Shown: positions 62,307-64,000 of the stretch, piece after piece
Position numbering within the stretch: the stretch's first letter is position 1
Layout: every line of letters starts with the position of its first letter
DNA from: Alphaproteobacteria bacterium
GTDB lineage: Bacteria; Pseudomonadota; Alphaproteobacteria; UBA828
Assembly: GCA_965214705.1 (NCBI GenBank)
Contig: OZ243972.1
Span: 1,184,001-1,248,000, forward strand
Length of the DNA stretch: 64,000 nt
Reading direction: 5' to 3'
Position numbers and translations under genes: made by a program
The notes under the pieces: model-generated
Told to the model about the DNA's origin: nothing
The model's input: only the letters and a program-made list of their open reading frames with translations
Database searches by the model: none

Positions 62307-63052
62307 ACCGCCGTCCGCCCGGCAAGGAGCGGCTCGACACTCTGCTGGTCGCACGCGGGCTCGCCGAGACCAGGACGAAGGCGCAGGCGCTGCTGCTGGC
62401 GGGCCGGGTATATTCCGGCGAGCGCCGGCTCGATAAGCCCGGAACGCAGGTCGACCGTGCGCTCCCGCTCACAGTCAGGGGCGCGGACCACCCTTGGGTC
62501 TCGCGCGGTGGCATCAAACTGGATCACGCGCTCACGCATTTCGGGATCGACCCGAGCGGGCTGACCGCGCTCGATATCGGGGCGTCCACCGGGGGCTTCA
62601 CCGATGTGCTGTGCCAGCGGGACGCGCGGCGGGTCTACGCGGTCGATGTCGGCTACGGCCAGCTCGACGCACGGCTGCGCAACGATGCCCGCGTCACGGT
62701 GCTGGAGCGGACCAACGCCCGCCACCTCTCGCGGGAGCAGGTGCCGGAGCCGGTCGACCTCATCGTCTGCGACGCGAGCTTCATCGGCCTGCGCACGATT
62801 CTGCCGGCGCCGCTCGCACTCGCGGTCGCCGGCGCGCGCCTCGTCGCCCTGATCAAGCCGCAGTTTGAGGCCGGGCGCGGGCGCGTGGGCAAGGGCGGCA
62901 TCGTCCGCGACCCCGCCGTTCAAGCAGAAGTCTGCGAAACGATCCGCGACTGGCTCTTGGCCGAAGGCTGGCCGGTGATCGGCCTCACGGAAAGCCCGAT
63001 CAAGGGCCGCGACGGCAATACCGAGTTCCTGATTGCCGCGCGCAGGCGGTGA
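62303..63052 (+). CDS. tlyA: TlyA family rRNA methyltransferase
   Basis: Frame open from 62303: KERLDTLLVARGLAETRTKAQA (S4 domain), WVSRGGIKL, DIGASTGGFTD, LIKPQFE; probable CTG start. Confidence 0.9.
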   Translation: MNRRPPGKERLDTLLVARGLAETRTKAQALLLAGRVYSGERRLDKPGTQVDRALPLTVRGADHPWVSRGGIKLDHALTHFGIDPSGLTALDIGASTGGFTDVLCQRDARRVYAVDVGYGQLDARLRNDARVTVLERTNARHLSREQVPEPVDLIVCDASFIGLRTILPAPLALAVAGARLVALIKPQFEAGRGRVGKGGIVRDPAVQAEVCETIRDWLLAEGWPVIGLTESPIKGRDGNTEFLIAARRR

Positions 63053-63056
63053 TCGG

Positions 63057-64000
63057 TCAGGCGAGGGGCAGCAGCTCGGCGATCTCGCGCTTGAAGGGAA
63101 CGCCGTCGCCCTCCACCGCCGGGCCGTCCAATTCCTCCGCGTAGCGGCGCCCGGCATAGACCGCGTGGGCGATGGTCGCCGGCGCGAGTGCGTCTCCGAT
63201 CGTCGTGACCGTCTCGATCCCCGCGTTCCTCCAGTCGTCGGAACGTGCCGCAAGCTCGCGCGCGAGGCGGTCTTCCGGTGTGCGCGAGGTGACCAGCACC
63301 ACCGCGTCCGCCTCGATCTCCTCCATGCGCCCGGTGAAGACGCAGGAGGCTGTAATGGAGCCTTCGGAGACGGCGTCGAGATTCGTGAAGCTCTGGATCG
63401 TTACGCCTTTCTCCAGGAGCCGTGCCTGGATGAAGTGCTGCTCCATGGTGTTCTGGGTCCATGTCGAGGCTTCAGAGGCCGGCGTCAGGTAGTGAGTCTT
63501 GCAGCCGTGGTCGGCGAGCAGTTCGGCGATCACGCCGCCCATGTAGTAGTGGTCGTCATCCCAGACCACGACCCGCGTCTCTTCCGACGGCATGGTGCCA
63601 TCCATGATGTCGTTGGCAGTCAGCACCCGTGCGTCTGCGGCGATCGGCATGGGCCGCGCCCAGCTTCGGCCGATGCCGTCCGCCCGCCAGCGCGCGCCGG
63701 TGGCGACCACGACACGGGGCACGCCGAATTCCAGCACGGAGTCCGCGTCGAGGTCGGAATCGAAGTAGACCGCCACGTTGGGCAGCTGATGAAGCTGCTG
63801 CTCGCGGTAGTCGCGGACCCGGCCCCAGGCGGCGAGGCCCGGCAGCCGGCATTCCCGCGCGACGCGGCCGCCGAGCGCCGTGCCCTTCTCCGCCAACGTC
63901 ACCTCGTAGCCCCGCTTGCCGAGCGCTTGCGCCGCCTCGAGGCCTGCAGGGCCGGCGCCCACAATCAGGACGGGCTTCTCCGACTCCCGCGGCCGGATGC
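63057..64000 (-). CDS. C-terminal part of a trimethylamine/histamine dehydrogenase-like flavoenzyme (continues beyond the window)
   Basis: VGAGPAGLEAA, VVWDDDHYYMGGVIAELL, IGDALAPATIAHAVYAG. Confidence 0.85.
   Translation of the reverse strand, partial: IRPRESEKPVLIVGAGPAGLEAAQALGKRGYEVTLAEKGTALGGRVARECRLPGLAAWGRVRDYREQQLHQLPNVAVYFDSDLDADSVLEFGVPRVVVATGARWRADGIGRSWARPMPIAADARVLTANDIMDGTMPSEETRVVVWDDDHYYMGGVIAELLADHGCKTHYLTPASEASTWTQNTMEQHFIQARLLEKGVTIQSFTNLDAVSEGSITASCVFTGRMEEIEADAVVLVTSRTPEDRLARELAARSDDWRNAGIETVTTIGDALAPATIAHAVYAGRRYAEELDGPAVEGDGVPFKREIAELLPLA

Overview
High-GC (roughly 68-70% by eye) chromosomal window from an alphaproteobacterium, probably Rhodospirillales sensu lato. The assignment rests on MucR/Ros, type-B L36, the bamE/cbp3/yceD/rpmF/plsX/fabH/ihfA/merR block, and an rpsM-rpsK-rpoA-rplQ block without rpsD. 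Most of the window is housekeeping and catabolic genes: zur-znuCB, glcDEF, hppA, boxBC with a PaaK-like ligase, pheA, dinB, gcdH, otnKC, miaB-phoH-ybeY-corC-lnt, xseB-ispA-tlyA and tandem amidases. I saw no tRNA, rRNA, CRISPR array, transposase or integrase. The most unusual region is about 2.3-10.0 kb. It holds polar-amino-acid ABC components with no ATPase gene, and both permeases appear to have lost the EAA coupling loop. They run directly into a membrane HAMP-SpoIIE (PP2C) phosphatase, followed by a ~600-nt, densely base-paired intergenic stretch (candidate large ncRNA), an OxyR-like regulator and a STAS anti-anti-sigma protein. This may be a transporter-derived receptor feeding a partner-switching cascade. 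Other points of interest: a candidate anti-SD sRNA at ~55.6 kb, a probable CTG start for tlyA, dxs and dxr both missing from their usual loci, a PaaK variant upstream of boxCB, and a crotonase lacking both canonical catalytic glutamates. All calls come from reading motifs by eye; no database searches were run.
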